The notes: generated by a model from the letters alone, not told the origin. A stretch of 64,000 bases of DNA from an uncultured Chlamydiae bacterium (GCA_963828125.1 CAWHDP010000001.1:352001-416000), one strand, 5' to 3'; shown: positions 39,260 to 50,141, numbered from the stretch's first letter. Numbers and translations: made by a program.

Positions 39260-42200
39260 ATGAAATGGCAGCGCTTTTTTCTTATTATCTTTCTTCTCCC
39301 CACCTTGATGTATGCTCTTAACCAAGAAGAATGTGCGAACATCTTTCACAAAATTCTTCCCGAATGGAATCGACACACTGAACTAATCCAGCAATTTCAG
39401 AAAAAGCCGTATACTCAAGAAGGACTTCAGCTCCTTAAGGAATCGCTCGCATGTTGCCAAAGAGCCGTGGGGCACTGCGATGCCATTCTAAATGATATCG
39501 CCAGTAAGAAAAAAGATGATCGCAAAAAACAGTGGAGAGTGGATTTAAAAAGTCGATGTGAGAAAGAAAAACGGGGGTTAAATGCAGAGATTAATCAACT
39601 GCAGATCGACATCGGCAGGGTTGAGGCGAATATTTCTGCCACAGCTCTTTATAATACAAGCCTGGAAAAAGCTGCAGTAGCAGGAAATAAAGGTAGAAGT
39701 TGTGAAAGGGGATTCAATAATGCCGATGAGGTTGTGTCGGTTCTCAATGAAATAGCAAAACTCTATGAAGAAGCTTTTTCTCTTACAAATCAAGCTCTAT
39801 CTCTTATCAATCCTTATCCTCAAGAAGAAGACAAGGCAGCCTTAAGGCGTCAGGCAGCAAATTATCAAGAACTAGCTGAGAAATACAAAAACGAAGCAGT
39901 TGAGTGGCGGTCTGCCGCGGCGAATAATAGAGCAGTCTGCAAAGAGAAAATAGCAGAAATCAAATCAGACTGCAGGCTTTTGACAGAAAAAGGATTAAAG
40001 CGAAGCTGCTATGACTTACAAAAACACGCCCTTTTCCTATTAGAACAATTACTTGATGGAAATACCAGCGAGGAAGCTTCTGCTCTCAAACAGGAACAAG
40101 CGCAATTAGAGGAATTTGTTGCTGCTTTTGAGAAAGAAGCTGATGACAACCGATTAACAGATGTAAAACCAGTTTTTTCTAAAGAGGAATTCGAGGCTCG
40201 GGAAAAAGAGAGGAGAGAGTTATTTTTTAAAAGTGATTTCCTTTTAAACCCTGATCTTTATTTGCCTGAAACGGTTAAAAATGAGCCTCTTCCTAGAATA
40301 GTTCCACTAGATGGGCAAACAGGGAAAAAGGAAGGGGATTTTTCTCTTTATACAGATCAGTTTTATCGATTTTTGATCCAAAGCCACACGTCCGAGCCCG
40401 AGCTCACCATCAAAGTTCTTGAAAATGGACAGGAAGTCCATACAGAAAAAATCGCTCTTCCTTTTAAAAATACCGATAGTTGGGAAGACTATCTAAAGAA
40501 TGGAATGGTTTTCATTCCGGATACAAAACTGAAGTCGGACTTCGGTTTAGACCTGCGTCTAAGTTTTGCTGCTGATCCACACAACAAATTTTCTTTGATT
40601 GTTTCACAAAAAAGTACGGACTTGCGTTACCAATTTGTGATTTCCTTAGGGGAAGACTCGGCACACTATGTGTGTCAATTTTCAGCTCCTCCACCATGGC
40701 AGCTTGAAACTTTGAGAAAACCAGCTTCGGCTCAACCCAATAAACCTATAAATTCTACTTCACTACCCTCTATAGATGTAACGCTGAAAGAAGGGGAGCA
40801 ACGGCTCATCACTTCGTTAGAATCGATGGTTTATCCTGTATTGGATCAGCTCGTTGAAGAGCTGAGAAAAGACCCTCTAGCGTTGGCTAGCTTTGTCCAA
40901 AATGAAATTGCTCTCGTCGATGCATTTTTCCATCAAGAAAATGGTGTCATTCATCCAGTAAGTGTTTATAGAAATCCTTGTACAACATTTCTTGAAAAAC
41001 AAGGATCCGCTTGGGAGCAATGTCAGCTACTCGTTTACCTTTTACGCAAAGCGGGTTTCAAAGCAGTCTATGCTTTAGGAGACTCTTGCTCACTTCCTAA
41101 GGATTTTGTAGAGCGAATGCTTTTAACCAAACTGCCGGAAGACAAACAGGAAGCTCTGCTTAAATATCCATGGGTCTTATTTTTTGACGGTAGGGAATGG
41201 ATCTCTCTTTTTCCTTGGATGAAGGATATCCAAGTCCATGAAGGACATGACCTTTACAGCTTTTTACCAGAAAAATATGCGGGCGCCGATCAATGGATCT
41301 TACAGTACCTGAAAGGAGACCAAGAAATCTTCAAGCATATTGGACCTGACGGAGACGACACGGCCGGGGTGCTTTTTGTCCGTTTTGTGGAAGAGAATTT
41401 AAGAAAACAGGGGTTACACTTAAGCGATGTTGGGGTTCATCGAATCCAACTAAAAAAACAATACTCCTGTTGGGGCGATTTTCCCCATCCCAGCATCCAA
41501 TCTCAACCTCAAATTTATAACTCATTAGATGCGATTCCCCAAATATATGCTTGGATGAAAATAGATATAAATTCTCGTCAAAATCCTAAAAAATTAATCT
41601 CTCGTACATTCCCGGTACCTTTTTTCAATTCGGGAGCATCTTTTATTCGTTTTGATACCAATGGGAACAATCAGACTCTTTTCGCTCAATTGGCAGGAAA
41701 AGATTTATCTGCAGTTCAGCTGGATTCCTCAGATCGGGTTATTGATATCTCTATTCAAGTAGAATTTCTTCTTGGGAATCAGAGTCTTGCCCAAAAACAA
41801 ACGTTCTGGATAGAGAAAGGGACTAGTGCAGCACTTTGTTCACATTTCGGTGGGGATAGTCCCAAAGTGACCTCCCAATATTTTGAGCAATTTAAAGTTC
41901 AAAAAGATGAGAAAAAGAAACTTTTATCTCTTTTGGCCTTTGTTGGAGCCTCATATTTCGAGAAATGCAGTAGATCAACCAATATTCTTGCTGCCTTGCA
42001 TAAGGTCAATCCTACCTCCCCATTTGCTTTTGGACTTGCTAAGCTCTCTCCTGACCTTTCAAAAGGCCCTTTTAGAGGAGAGGAAGACCTAGTACTTCCT
42101 CAAGTCGATATGTTCCGCTTTCATGCGGGTCCTTCGGAGTTATCAACTCCTTCAGCCTGGCATCAGGAGCTGCATACAGCGAGGACTGGTTTTGAAGCGC

Positions 42201-45200
42201 TCTCTCTAATTGACGGTTCTTCGAATGAACATCAGATTTTACGAGAAATTTTTAAAGACGACTATGCTGTTTCTACGGTGAAACTACTGCAGTTAGCTCA
42301 TCTTGAGCAACAAAAGCAAGGATTAGAAGGAGCGGGGTTTTTGACTCTTACTCCAGCTAGTTTTGAAGCTGCCAATAAAAACCCTAAGTCCGCTCAAAGC
42401 CAGTATTTTTCTAATTTAAAAGACTTCAATCTTTCTGATTTAAAGACTGTATCGCCGTGGCAATGGAACATGCTGCAAACTCTTATGGATCCGAATCAAC
42501 CATGTAGCAGTTGGACCTATGCTTATATGACTCCTGGATTGGTAACTAGCTTAGATGGAATGCGTAAGGAAATGGGGACTATCATCATAAGCCCTCATGC
42601 ATGGTATGCCCTGATTTCTATTAACGACATCGTAACCAATGGAGGTCTGGGGACCCCACTTCCCAACTACTATCTTTCTCCCTGGGCGATTAGAAATTGG
42701 GATCTTGTCCCTACATCTAGTAGCTATACGAATGGCTATGCACTCCAAGTTCCTGCGCAGACTAATTTCTCGAACCTTCCAGCTCATCCTGTTCCAACCA
42801 TTGAAAAATCTATACCAGGAAAGAGAGATTGGATTTCTGATGTAAGAGCAGGTTTTAGAGATAGCTGGAACTTTGTAGCAGACCCCATTGATATTGTATC
42901 AGGAGCGTTCTATATCGATGAAATCGATCTGGTTCTTCCAGGACCTTTCCCTCTAACCATTCGCCGTAACTATAATAGCCAAAACCCACTCATTGGTGAT
43001 CTCGGTTGCGGATGGAAGCTCAGCTTAAATCCGTTTCTTGTAGACCAAGACGGTAAACGCTTTGCTGCTGAATTAGACGGAACGGTGATCGTTTACAGCT
43101 ACAATCGGCAGACCGATCGATGGGAAGTCTTCCCCGAAGAAAATCCAGAGCTCTCCAATTTTAATCAGCAGGGAATAGGCAGCTCTGCTAGCCCTTTCCA
43201 TTCCTACATCGAAAATGATGTCTTATATGGAGCGGATGGATCAAAAAGATCCTACAAAGAGGGACTTCTTCAACAATGGTCAGATGCTAGAGGGCATACC
43301 CTCTCTTTCTCCTATAAAAATGATCGCTTATCCCGTATCGAAAGTTCCAATGGAGATTTCTGCGGGGTCCATTACAATCATGAAGGCAATATCTCTGAAA
43401 TCTATGCAAAAGACGGTCGGCGTATTTCTTACGATTATGATTCTCAAGGAGATCTTGTTAAAGTCACGCTCCCCAATACGGCTGAGATTAGCTACACATA
43501 CGATCGGAACCATCGGATCATTCGAGAAACAAAGCCTCATGGGAAAGTCCTAGAAAACGTCTATACCGATAAGGGACAAGTCAAAGAGCAAAGATCTCCC
43601 ATGGGTTATAACCAACAAATGATCACGACAGCTACATTTGAATATGTCGATGGGAAAACGATTGTCGCAGATGCCGAAGGAAATAAAACCACATATCAAA
43701 TCCATGATAAACAGATCTACAAAATCACCGATCCTCTTGGTTTTATCACGCTTCAAGCTTGGTTTATAGACAAAGAGTCGTGGTTTGATCCAGAAACTGA
43801 GCGAGTTGTGGAATGGAATCAAAAGGGCGGAGCTATCCGAAGCCTACAGTCCATAACGGATAAACGAGGACTCATAACCTCTTACCTTTACGACGATCGT
43901 GGGAATCCTGAATTCATCACGATTGAAGGTGAGGATCTCACAGGAAGAGGGGAATCAAAAGCTACCAAGAAACTTGCCTACAATGAGAGAAATCTCTGCA
44001 TTAAAGAAGAAGTCTATGGGCAAAAAACGCTCACTTCCTATGACACTACATTTCCTTATTTACCAAAAAGAATCGAGAAATACAGCGAAAACACCCTGAC
44101 TTCCTACGTTGATTTCGATTACAACTCCTTGGGACAACTGGAAAAAGAAGACCGTTCTGGGGCGATCACTGTCTGGCATTATAACGATCGGGGTTTCCCA
44201 AAAGAGAAAATCCAAATGACGGGAACGGATGATCCAGATGTTGTCACCACTTATACCTACAATCATCAAGGGCAATGCATAGAAATCAGAGCCATCGACG
44301 GAACCCAAGAGAATGACTACGATCTTATGGGGAATCAAATCGAATCAAAGGTATTTTCACCTTCGGGGGAGCTGATTGCTGCATCATATATCGGATACGA
44401 TCTGAATAGCGCTCCTACATGGAAGCAGACAGAGAATTCTGAGAATATCGTCTACTTTGATTACCACGCCTCAGGCCTCGCCAAAGCAAAGAGACAATCT
44501 CTTACCCCCAGCCGTTCGATTGCCTATACCCTTTACGAATACAATTCTTGTGGATATCTCATCGAAGAAACAGATCCTAGAGGATATGTAACTTATAGAG
44601 ACTACGATCCCCTTGGCCGAGTAAAATCGGAAACTAAAGAGGGACATACAGCTCTTTTTTCTTACGAAGCAGGGGGGCTCCTTGAAACTCTCACATCGCC
44701 ATCTGGAGGTCAAACAACACGTCATTACACAACCAATGGCCTTCTCAAAGAGGAGATTTATCCAGATGGAACGAAGAATACGACAGTTTATGATGTTTTA
44801 GGGCGTCCGGTCTTAGAAACAAAGAAGGGAATTTCTTGGGAAATCACATACGACGACCCCCATCATCGAGTGATAAGAACTCATCTAGCGACGAAAAATT
44901 CTGAAATCAGCGAATTTGATCCGAGAGGAAATCTCATCAAATTTACTGATGCTGCAGGTTATACCTCAGAAAAAACCTATGACAGTCTTAATCGGCCTAA
45001 GACCGAGATAAGTCCTAGCGGCAAGCACACAAGCTGGAAGTATCAGGATAACCTTGTCGTTTGCACTCTTCCAAGCGGCGAGACCACCACCACTCAATAT
45101 GCTGGGGCAAGAGCTATTAAATCAGAGACCAGCGACTCTAGAGGGACTTTTATTTCTGTCTCAGAACTCCAGGTTGACCTTGAGCATGACAAGGAAGAAG

Positions 45201-47737
45201 TCATTGAAGGAGATGAAAGAACAGTCACTTGGCGAAATGCTCTTGGGGTGCCAATTAAGATTGAAAAAGGCGAAATCACAGTTAAGTACGAATATGACGC
45301 TTGTGGAAATCGCATTGTTTCAATCGACGGAGATGGAAGAATCACCCGCCAAGAATTCGATGGATTAGGCCGCTTGACCCAAAAATATTTACCCGATGGA
45401 ACCGTTCTTGAATTTGTCTATGATTTAGACTCTAACTTAGCCGAATACCACCTACCTAACGGCAATGTCTGGAAAGCTTCGTATGATTCAATGCATAGAA
45501 AGAAATCAGAGGAGCTTATCTCTTCAAGAGGTTCCTCTGAACGCTGGACCTTCTCTTATGAAAATGGCTACCTCAGAGAAGCTAGAGATCCTATGCAACG
45601 GACTCATACTTATCTTTATGATGACTATGGAAGGGTCTTCCAAGATAGCGTTGAAGGCGGCAAGCGTACTTATACTTATGAGCCCAGGGGATTTCTAAGG
45701 GCAGCAAGTCAGACTACAGATGTAGCCTCTTCCTGGCTATCTAGCTGGGTATATGGGTCGCAAAACGAAAATTCTCTAGTAGAGCGCTCGTATGATGCAG
45801 ATGGTAATTTAGCTCTTGAGTCAGTCTATTTGAATTCCAATCTGATCCAAGAGACAAAGCAGAAATGGACGGCTAATAGTCGTTCTTTGCAGATTGGAAA
45901 CCATGTTCGTGATTTCTTCTATCAGAACAATCAGCTCATTCGGGTTTCAACTCAAGCTGTAGGAGTATCCTATTCGTATGAACTCAGCGGAGCTCTGAAG
46001 AGCAAAAATAGCCGACTGAGTTCTACTACGATCAATTATAATTCCTCAGGGTTACCAGAGACTGTTGTAACCAGTCTACCTGAAGGCTTTTATCAGGAGC
46101 AGCTCAATTGGTACCCTTCAGGAAAAATCTATACCTATACTGCTCCAGGAAGAGATCAGAGTTTTTCTTACAATGAAAGAGGGCATTTAATATCGACAGG
46201 GTCGGAAAAATACGATTTTGATTTTGGGTCTGCAGGCGCCGGCGTTCGAACAGCCGCCCCAGGTTGGTATGTGCCGCAAAACGGATTAGATGATTTCGGT
46301 AGAATTCTTGCTTCGGTGTTTGAAAAGACGTCTCTTTCAACAGGTTACAATGCAATAGGAGAGGTGATTACTCATGGTCAAAAACAATTGTCTTGGGATC
46401 CATGGGGCAAATTGACCAAAGTGACCGACCCTTCTTATCTCTGGGAAGCCTCTTACGATGCTTTGGGTAGAAGACTCCAGACTCGCTATACAAAATCAGG
46501 AGAGCAAACTTTAATCACCCATTCTCTCTACGATCCTGAAGAAGAATTTCAAGAGATCGGGGTACAAATCGAAGGGAAAACCTTTTGGAAAATTTATGGG
46601 CCGGATGCTTGCGATGCGATCAGTGATGAAACAGGAGCATCCGTTACCCTAATGCACAATGCATTGAGGCAGCTGACAGGAGTTGTTTCTCACCAAGGGA
46701 TTCTCTATAGCGAAACGCCCCCTTCCTTCTATGGGCCTCTTGAAATAAATCCTTCTGTTTCTTCAGATCTGATTTCTTATGCCCAGTCTTTGAATTGGCA
46801 TAGTAAGGCCCAAGACCCAACAGGTTTCATCTGGATGGGGGATAGATACTATGATTCTAGAAGCGGTCAATTCTTAAGCCAAGATCCGGTGTCTTACCCG
46901 ATGTGCCTAGATCTATATGCTTATGCTAATGGGGATCCAGTTAATTACTTTGATCCAGATGGTCGATTTGCGTCTCCTGTGTATCAATCAGTCAAACCTG
47001 TTGTGATCGGTGCTTTACAGCCTTTCAACGGATTAAATCAAGCCATTCAAGGCTTTAACGCTATTCCCGCCTATCTTGCAAATCACGATCTGATGCGTTC
47101 AGGCTCTTTCCAGGTAGGTTCTTTTGATTTACCTTGTGGTGGAATAGGATTCATCAATGGGATTAACAATCAACAAACTAAATCTATAGCAAGTGCACAA
47201 CAATTGAGCCAATATGCAGGGGGAGCCAAAGTTTATGGGATTTATAATGCAACCAACTGGGATAGTATTCAGTGGGTATCAACAGTGATCGATGTCCTAG
47301 AATGCGGACTAGGACATATGAGAATGCATACTCCACCCGTTCAATTATTAAAAAATCAATGGAATCACTTTATTGCCACACATGAACCTGATGAAAAATT
47401 TCTACAGATTAGCCACAGCGGAGGAGCCCTTCAAGTCTACAATGCCCTTTTGACCTCGCCAAAATCAGTCCAGCAAAGAATCATTAGCCTAGCTCTTGCC
47501 CCCGCTGCCATTATTCCAGAAGAACTATGCTTTAGGTCTTATAACTACATGAGTAGGCGGGATATTGTTACTCGTCTCGATGTCATAGGGAAGATAAAAT
47601 ATGGAAATCAGTTGCAAGTGCTAGAACCTCATCCTAACGCCAATTTTTGGGATCATGAGTTCTTAAGTCCTACTTTTGCACCAAAGATAAAAGATCATAT
47701 TAAAGATTACATTGAAAACTATGGGGGTAAAAAATGA
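39260..47737 (+). CDS. Giant Rhs/YD-repeat polymorphic toxin: signal peptide, degenerate transglutaminase-like domain, DUF6531-like domain, YD repeats, lipase-like C-terminal toxin
   Basis: 2825 aa; GSAWEQCQLLVYLLRKAG, DPIDIVSGAF, YD repeats, DPVNYFDPDG core, HSGGA...D...DH. Confidence 0.93.
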   Translation: MKWQRFFLIIFLLPTLMYALNQEECANIFHKILPEWNRHTELIQQFQKKPYTQEGLQLLKESLACCQRAVGHCDAILNDIASKKKDDRKKQWRVDLKSRCEKEKRGLNAEINQLQIDIGRVEANISATALYNTSLEKAAVAGNKGRSCERGFNNADEVVSVLNEIAKLYEEAFSLTNQALSLINPYPQEEDKAALRRQAANYQELAEKYKNEAVEWRSAAANNRAVCKEKIAEIKSDCRLLTEKGLKRSCYDLQKHALFLLEQLLDGNTSEEASALKQEQAQLEEFVAAFEKEADDNRLTDVKPVFSKEEFEAREKERRELFFKSDFLLNPDLYLPETVKNEPLPRIVPLDGQTGKKEGDFSLYTDQFYRFLIQSHTSEPELTIKVLENGQEVHTEKIALPFKNTDSWEDYLKNGMVFIPDTKLKSDFGLDLRLSFAADPHNKFSLIVSQKSTDLRYQFVISLGEDSAHYVCQFSAPPPWQLETLRKPASAQPNKPINSTSLPSIDVTLKEGEQRLITSLESMVYPVLDQLVEELRKDPLALASFVQNEIALVDAFFHQENGVIHPVSVYRNPCTTFLEKQGSAWEQCQLLVYLLRKAGFKAVYALGDSCSLPKDFVERMLLTKLPEDKQEALLKYPWVLFFDGREWISLFPWMKDIQVHEGHDLYSFLPEKYAGADQWILQYLKGDQEIFKHIGPDGDDTAGVLFVRFVEENLRKQGLHLSDVGVHRIQLKKQYSCWGDFPHPSIQSQPQIYNSLDAIPQIYAWMKIDINSRQNPKKLISRTFPVPFFNSGASFIRFDTNGNNQTLFAQLAGKDLSAVQLDSSDRVIDISIQVEFLLGNQSLAQKQTFWIEKGTSAALCSHFGGDSPKVTSQYFEQFKVQKDEKKKLLSLLAFVGASYFEKCSRSTNILAALHKVNPTSPFAFGLAKLSPDLSKGPFRGEEDLVLPQVDMFRFHAGPSELSTPSAWHQELHTARTGFEALSLIDGSSNEHQILREIFKDDYAVSTVKLLQLAHLEQQKQGLEGAGFLTLTPASFEAANKNPKSAQSQYFSNLKDFNLSDLKTVSPWQWNMLQTLMDPNQPCSSWTYAYMTPGLVTSLDGMRKEMGTIIISPHAWYALISINDIVTNGGLGTPLPNYYLSPWAIRNWDLVPTSSSYTNGYALQVPAQTNFSNLPAHPVPTIEKSIPGKRDWISDVRAGFRDSWNFVADPIDIVSGAFYIDEIDLVLPGPFPLTIRRNYNSQNPLIGDLGCGWKLSLNPFLVDQDGKRFAAELDGTVIVYSYNRQTDRWEVFPEENPELSNFNQQGIGSSASPFHSYIENDVLYGADGSKRSYKEGLLQQWSDARGHTLSFSYKNDRLSRIESSNGDFCGVHYNHEGNISEIYAKDGRRISYDYDSQGDLVKVTLPNTAEISYTYDRNHRIIRETKPHGKVLENVYTDKGQVKEQRSPMGYNQQMITTATFEYVDGKTIVADAEGNKTTYQIHDKQIYKITDPLGFITLQAWFIDKESWFDPETERVVEWNQKGGAIRSLQSITDKRGLITSYLYDDRGNPEFITIEGEDLTGRGESKATKKLAYNERNLCIKEEVYGQKTLTSYDTTFPYLPKRIEKYSENTLTSYVDFDYNSLGQLEKEDRSGAITVWHYNDRGFPKEKIQMTGTDDPDVVTTYTYNHQGQCIEIRAIDGTQENDYDLMGNQIESKVFSPSGELIAASYIGYDLNSAPTWKQTENSENIVYFDYHASGLAKAKRQSLTPSRSIAYTLYEYNSCGYLIEETDPRGYVTYRDYDPLGRVKSETKEGHTALFSYEAGGLLETLTSPSGGQTTRHYTTNGLLKEEIYPDGTKNTTVYDVLGRPVLETKKGISWEITYDDPHHRVIRTHLATKNSEISEFDPRGNLIKFTDAAGYTSEKTYDSLNRPKTEISPSGKHTSWKYQDNLVVCTLPSGETTTTQYAGARAIKSETSDSRGTFISVSELQVDLEHDKEEVIEGDERTVTWRNALGVPIKIEKGEITVKYEYDACGNRIVSIDGDGRITRQEFDGLGRLTQKYLPDGTVLEFVYDLDSNLAEYHLPNGNVWKASYDSMHRKKSEELISSRGSSERWTFSYENGYLREARDPMQRTHTYLYDDYGRVFQDSVEGGKRTYTYEPRGFLRAASQTTDVASSWLSSWVYGSQNENSLVERSYDADGNLALESVYLNSNLIQETKQKWTANSRSLQIGNHVRDFFYQNNQLIRVSTQAVGVSYSYELSGALKSKNSRLSSTTINYNSSGLPETVVTSLPEGFYQEQLNWYPSGKIYTYTAPGRDQSFSYNERGHLISTGSEKYDFDFGSAGAGVRTAAPGWYVPQNGLDDFGRILASVFEKTSLSTGYNAIGEVITHGQKQLSWDPWGKLTKVTDPSYLWEASYDALGRRLQTRYTKSGEQTLITHSLYDPEEEFQEIGVQIEGKTFWKIYGPDACDAISDETGASVTLMHNALRQLTGVVSHQGILYSETPPSFYGPLEINPSVSSDLISYAQSLNWHSKAQDPTGFIWMGDRYYDSRSGQFLSQDPVSYPMCLDLYAYANGDPVNYFDPDGRFASPVYQSVKPVVIGALQPFNGLNQAIQGFNAIPAYLANHDLMRSGSFQVGSFDLPCGGIGFINGINNQQTKSIASAQQLSQYAGGAKVYGIYNATNWDSIQWVSTVIDVLECGLGHMRMHTPPVQLLKNQWNHFIATHEPDEKFLQISHSGGALQVYNALLTSPKSVQQRIISLALAPAAIIPEELCFRSYNYMSRRDIVTRLDVIGKIKYGNQLQVLEPHPNANFWDHEFLSPTFAPKIKDHIKDYIENYGGKK

Positions 47738-48264
47738 AGTTATTTTTTAACATTGGAGTGATCCTAAGTATGTTCTCTTTTCTTTTTGGGTGTTCATCTT
47801 TTGGCTATCAGTCTCCTCGTTATGTAAAACTAGCTGATGAAATTACGGAAAAAACCGCGAAGAAATTGAAAGAACAAAAGAATCTATACCTTGCAGGAAC
47901 AGGGGGGCAAATGATGGATGACATACAGATGATGGCTATGAGCTTTGATTATTATCAAGAGGTCGACCTCAAAACAGCTCGAGAGCTTATTGTCCATGTC
48001 ATCAATGAATATCTGTCAGCAATCAATAGTAATAAAGAAATAAAACCTTACCTTCATGAATATCCATTTACCGCCAAAAACGTTGAAATAAGAATTTGGG
48101 TTTTTGAGCCAAATGGTTCTAATCCACCTTTAGATAAAATCTATTATATCTCAGCTATTAATGGGAGCTTGGCTTATTATCTAGATCTCCCTGAAACGCA
48201 CTCAAGACGAGCCATTTGTAAAGAGACTTATGAAGAAGCTTCTCGAGCAATTTCTTCTGAATAA
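47734..48264 (+). CDS. Putative immunity lipoprotein for the Rhs lipase toxin
   Basis: Lipobox LFGC; ATGA overlap with Rhs stop; homologous to 58048-58677 (GxGGxMxxD, PYLxEYPF). Confidence 0.8.
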   Translation: MKLFFNIGVILSMFSFLFGCSSFGYQSPRYVKLADEITEKTAKKLKEQKNLYLAGTGGQMMDDIQMMAMSFDYYQEVDLKTARELIVHVINEYLSAINSNKEIKPYLHEYPFTAKNVEIRIWVFEPNGSNPPLDKIYYISAINGSLAYYLDLPETHSRRAICKETYEEASRAISSE

Positions 48265-48346
48265 AAATTTTGTAGGGAAAAAGAATGTCAAAAACTGTGT
48301 TGCAAACTGAAGATCAAAAGAAAATGAAAGGATACGCTCAAAATGC

Positions 48347-48756
48347 GGCCATTTTCATAACTTCATCATTCGCCACCCCATCGGTGGTGATCAAGCCGCT
48401 TGATTTTCCGGCGCTTTTTGCACCTGCGTCTGTGCCCGCTTGCGCGGCCTGACCGGCAAGTCGATAGTACTCAGCAGCCACTCGAACACATTTCGTTGCT
48501 TTTTTCCAAAAAATCTCTCCGCAGCTGTGCCGCCGTCCTTTCGTGAGGTAAAAAAATTGTGCAACACGGTGAGGGCTAGCAATTGGTTGGCACTCAGTTT
48601 GTGGAGTGCGTGATGTTTCAGTGATAAGACCCCGTTCCTCCCTTCGACACACGAGCTTGACCTTTGGAATAGAGCAGCGCATTGCCTGGCCTTTTTGCCC
48701 CAAACCGCTTGCTCGCGGGGAGTAAGGTTAGCCCAGGGACCATCCCTTTGGCGGAC
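48347..48756 (-). mobile_element. Inverted right-end fragment of the DUF6399-type element
   Basis: Reverse complement of ~38727-39136 including the right repeat. Confidence 0.92.
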
Positions 48757-49324
48757 GGCCATTTTCATAACTTCATCATTCGCCACCCCATCGGTGGTGA
48801 TCAAGCCGCTTGATTTCCCGATGTTTTTTGCACCCACGTCTGCACCCGCTTGCGCGGCCTGATGGAGGGTTCTTTCAAAAAATAGCTCGTTTATAGCAAA
48901 TTCTTTGGTTGTTGAAGCTAAAGGGTTGCAAAAAACGAGCTATGGAAACAGCATCTTCGGTCGCATGGCCGAGGGCATGTCTTTGAAGGAGATGACCGCT
49001 GCTGTTGATGAGAACTTCATCATGGAGAACATGACTCTTATTCTGATGGAACCAGATTCTGGTTTTATCCTCGCAGAGCAACAGGAGGATAAGCGAGATG
49101 CAGCGACCTGGATGAGAGTGTCGCAAGCAGCCACCAATGGGCTGAATGTAAAAATCGTGCAGGTTACGGGCGATGAAGCAGGCTGTATAATAAAGTATGC
49201 CCAAGAGCTCTTAGGCGCGAGTAAGGCATCGGATTTATTCCACGTTCAGCAAGATATCACAAGAGGGCTAACAAGTGTGCTAGCCCGAAGAGTGCAGCAT
49301 GCTGAAAAAGCTCTCAGCGACTCC
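48757..49324 (+). mobile_element. Left-end fragment of the DUF6399-type element with ~410-bp internal deletion
   Basis: Matches 37189-37395, then jumps at a TCG microhomology to ~37808-38168. Confidence 0.9.
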
Positions 49325-49352
49325 TGTCAAGCGACACCAGAAAGTGACCCAC
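49325..49352. mobile_element. Isolated IS21 terminal repeat
   Basis: tgtcaagcgacaccagaaagtgacccac identical to 31927-31954. Confidence 0.9.
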
Positions 49353-49437
49353 TGACTATGCGCGAGAGCTAGACACGCTGATGACTTGGAATTTTCAGTC
49401 CTTCTAAAATTCCAAGGCATTGACCGACTTAGGTATA
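49353..49437 (+). mobile_element. Probable IS630-family right-end remnant
   Basis: DYARELDTLMTWNFQSF-stop followed by ttgaccg...gtaTA terminus. Confidence 0.55.
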
Positions 49438-49670
49438 CATCAGTTCTAGATCTTGCTCATTATGAATCTTGTCGCTCCTGGCGATGATTTCCGAAATTTG
49501 CTCATTTATCGCTTGAATTTTGGCGATGAGGCCTTTAGAATTCTGGGTTATGCCTAATTGCATTGATCTTCTCCTTGTCTTTTGCGATTCAAAGAGTATC
49601 AGTGCTTTAGGCACTTTTTTTAAAGAAAAATTTTCATTTATGCGGCTACCCAGAAAATGGGAATGCGCCC
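49438..49670 (-). mobile_element. ISKra4-like element left end with N-terminal ORF fragment
   Basis: 29-bp repeat 49642-49670 is the exact reverse complement of 54368-54396 (GGGCGCATTCCCATTTTCTGGGTAGCCGC). Confidence 0.75.
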
Positions 49671-50141
49671 GATGCTGAGTATGCAGCTGATCTGGCTAAT
49701 TTTGTAGAAGGGCGGAATGTAAAGTTCATATACATTGATCCGGCCGCCGCTAGCTTCAAGATTGAAATGAGAAGAGCTGGAATTGGCATTCCGATTCGCG
49801 ATGCCGAAAATGACGTAACCGAGGGTATTAAAACGCTCTCCTCGTATCTTTCAATGGGGGATTTAAAGATTTGTCGCAATTGCCGTAACTTGATTGGAGA
49901 GATACAAGGATATTGCTGGGACCCAAAAGCAGCAGAACGGGGCGAAGACGCCCCCATCAAAAGGGCGGACCACGCGATTGATGCCTTGCGCTACAGTGTT
50001 TTCTCATACTTTGGGAACAGAATTTCCATGAAGGAGCCTATCGGATCGCTTGAAGGCGCATCTCTTGGACGCCTTAAGCATATCAATTCAATTGATCCTC
50101 GCCAATTCAAGGGTGCAGGGCAATTTCGGGGGAGTTTTTAG
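49671..50141 (+). pseudogene. Phage terminase large subunit (PBSX-like) C-terminal nuclease fragment
   Basis: YIDPAAASF, A.NDV.EGI, C.NLI.EIQGYCWDPKA, P.K..DHAIDALRY; open frame begins at the IS end. Confidence 0.85.

Noticed and set aside
39260..47737. T6SS/PAAR-type Rhs, or an active transglutaminase
   Set aside because: No PAAR motif or vgrG/hcp/eag gene in the window; catalytic triad positions are substituted
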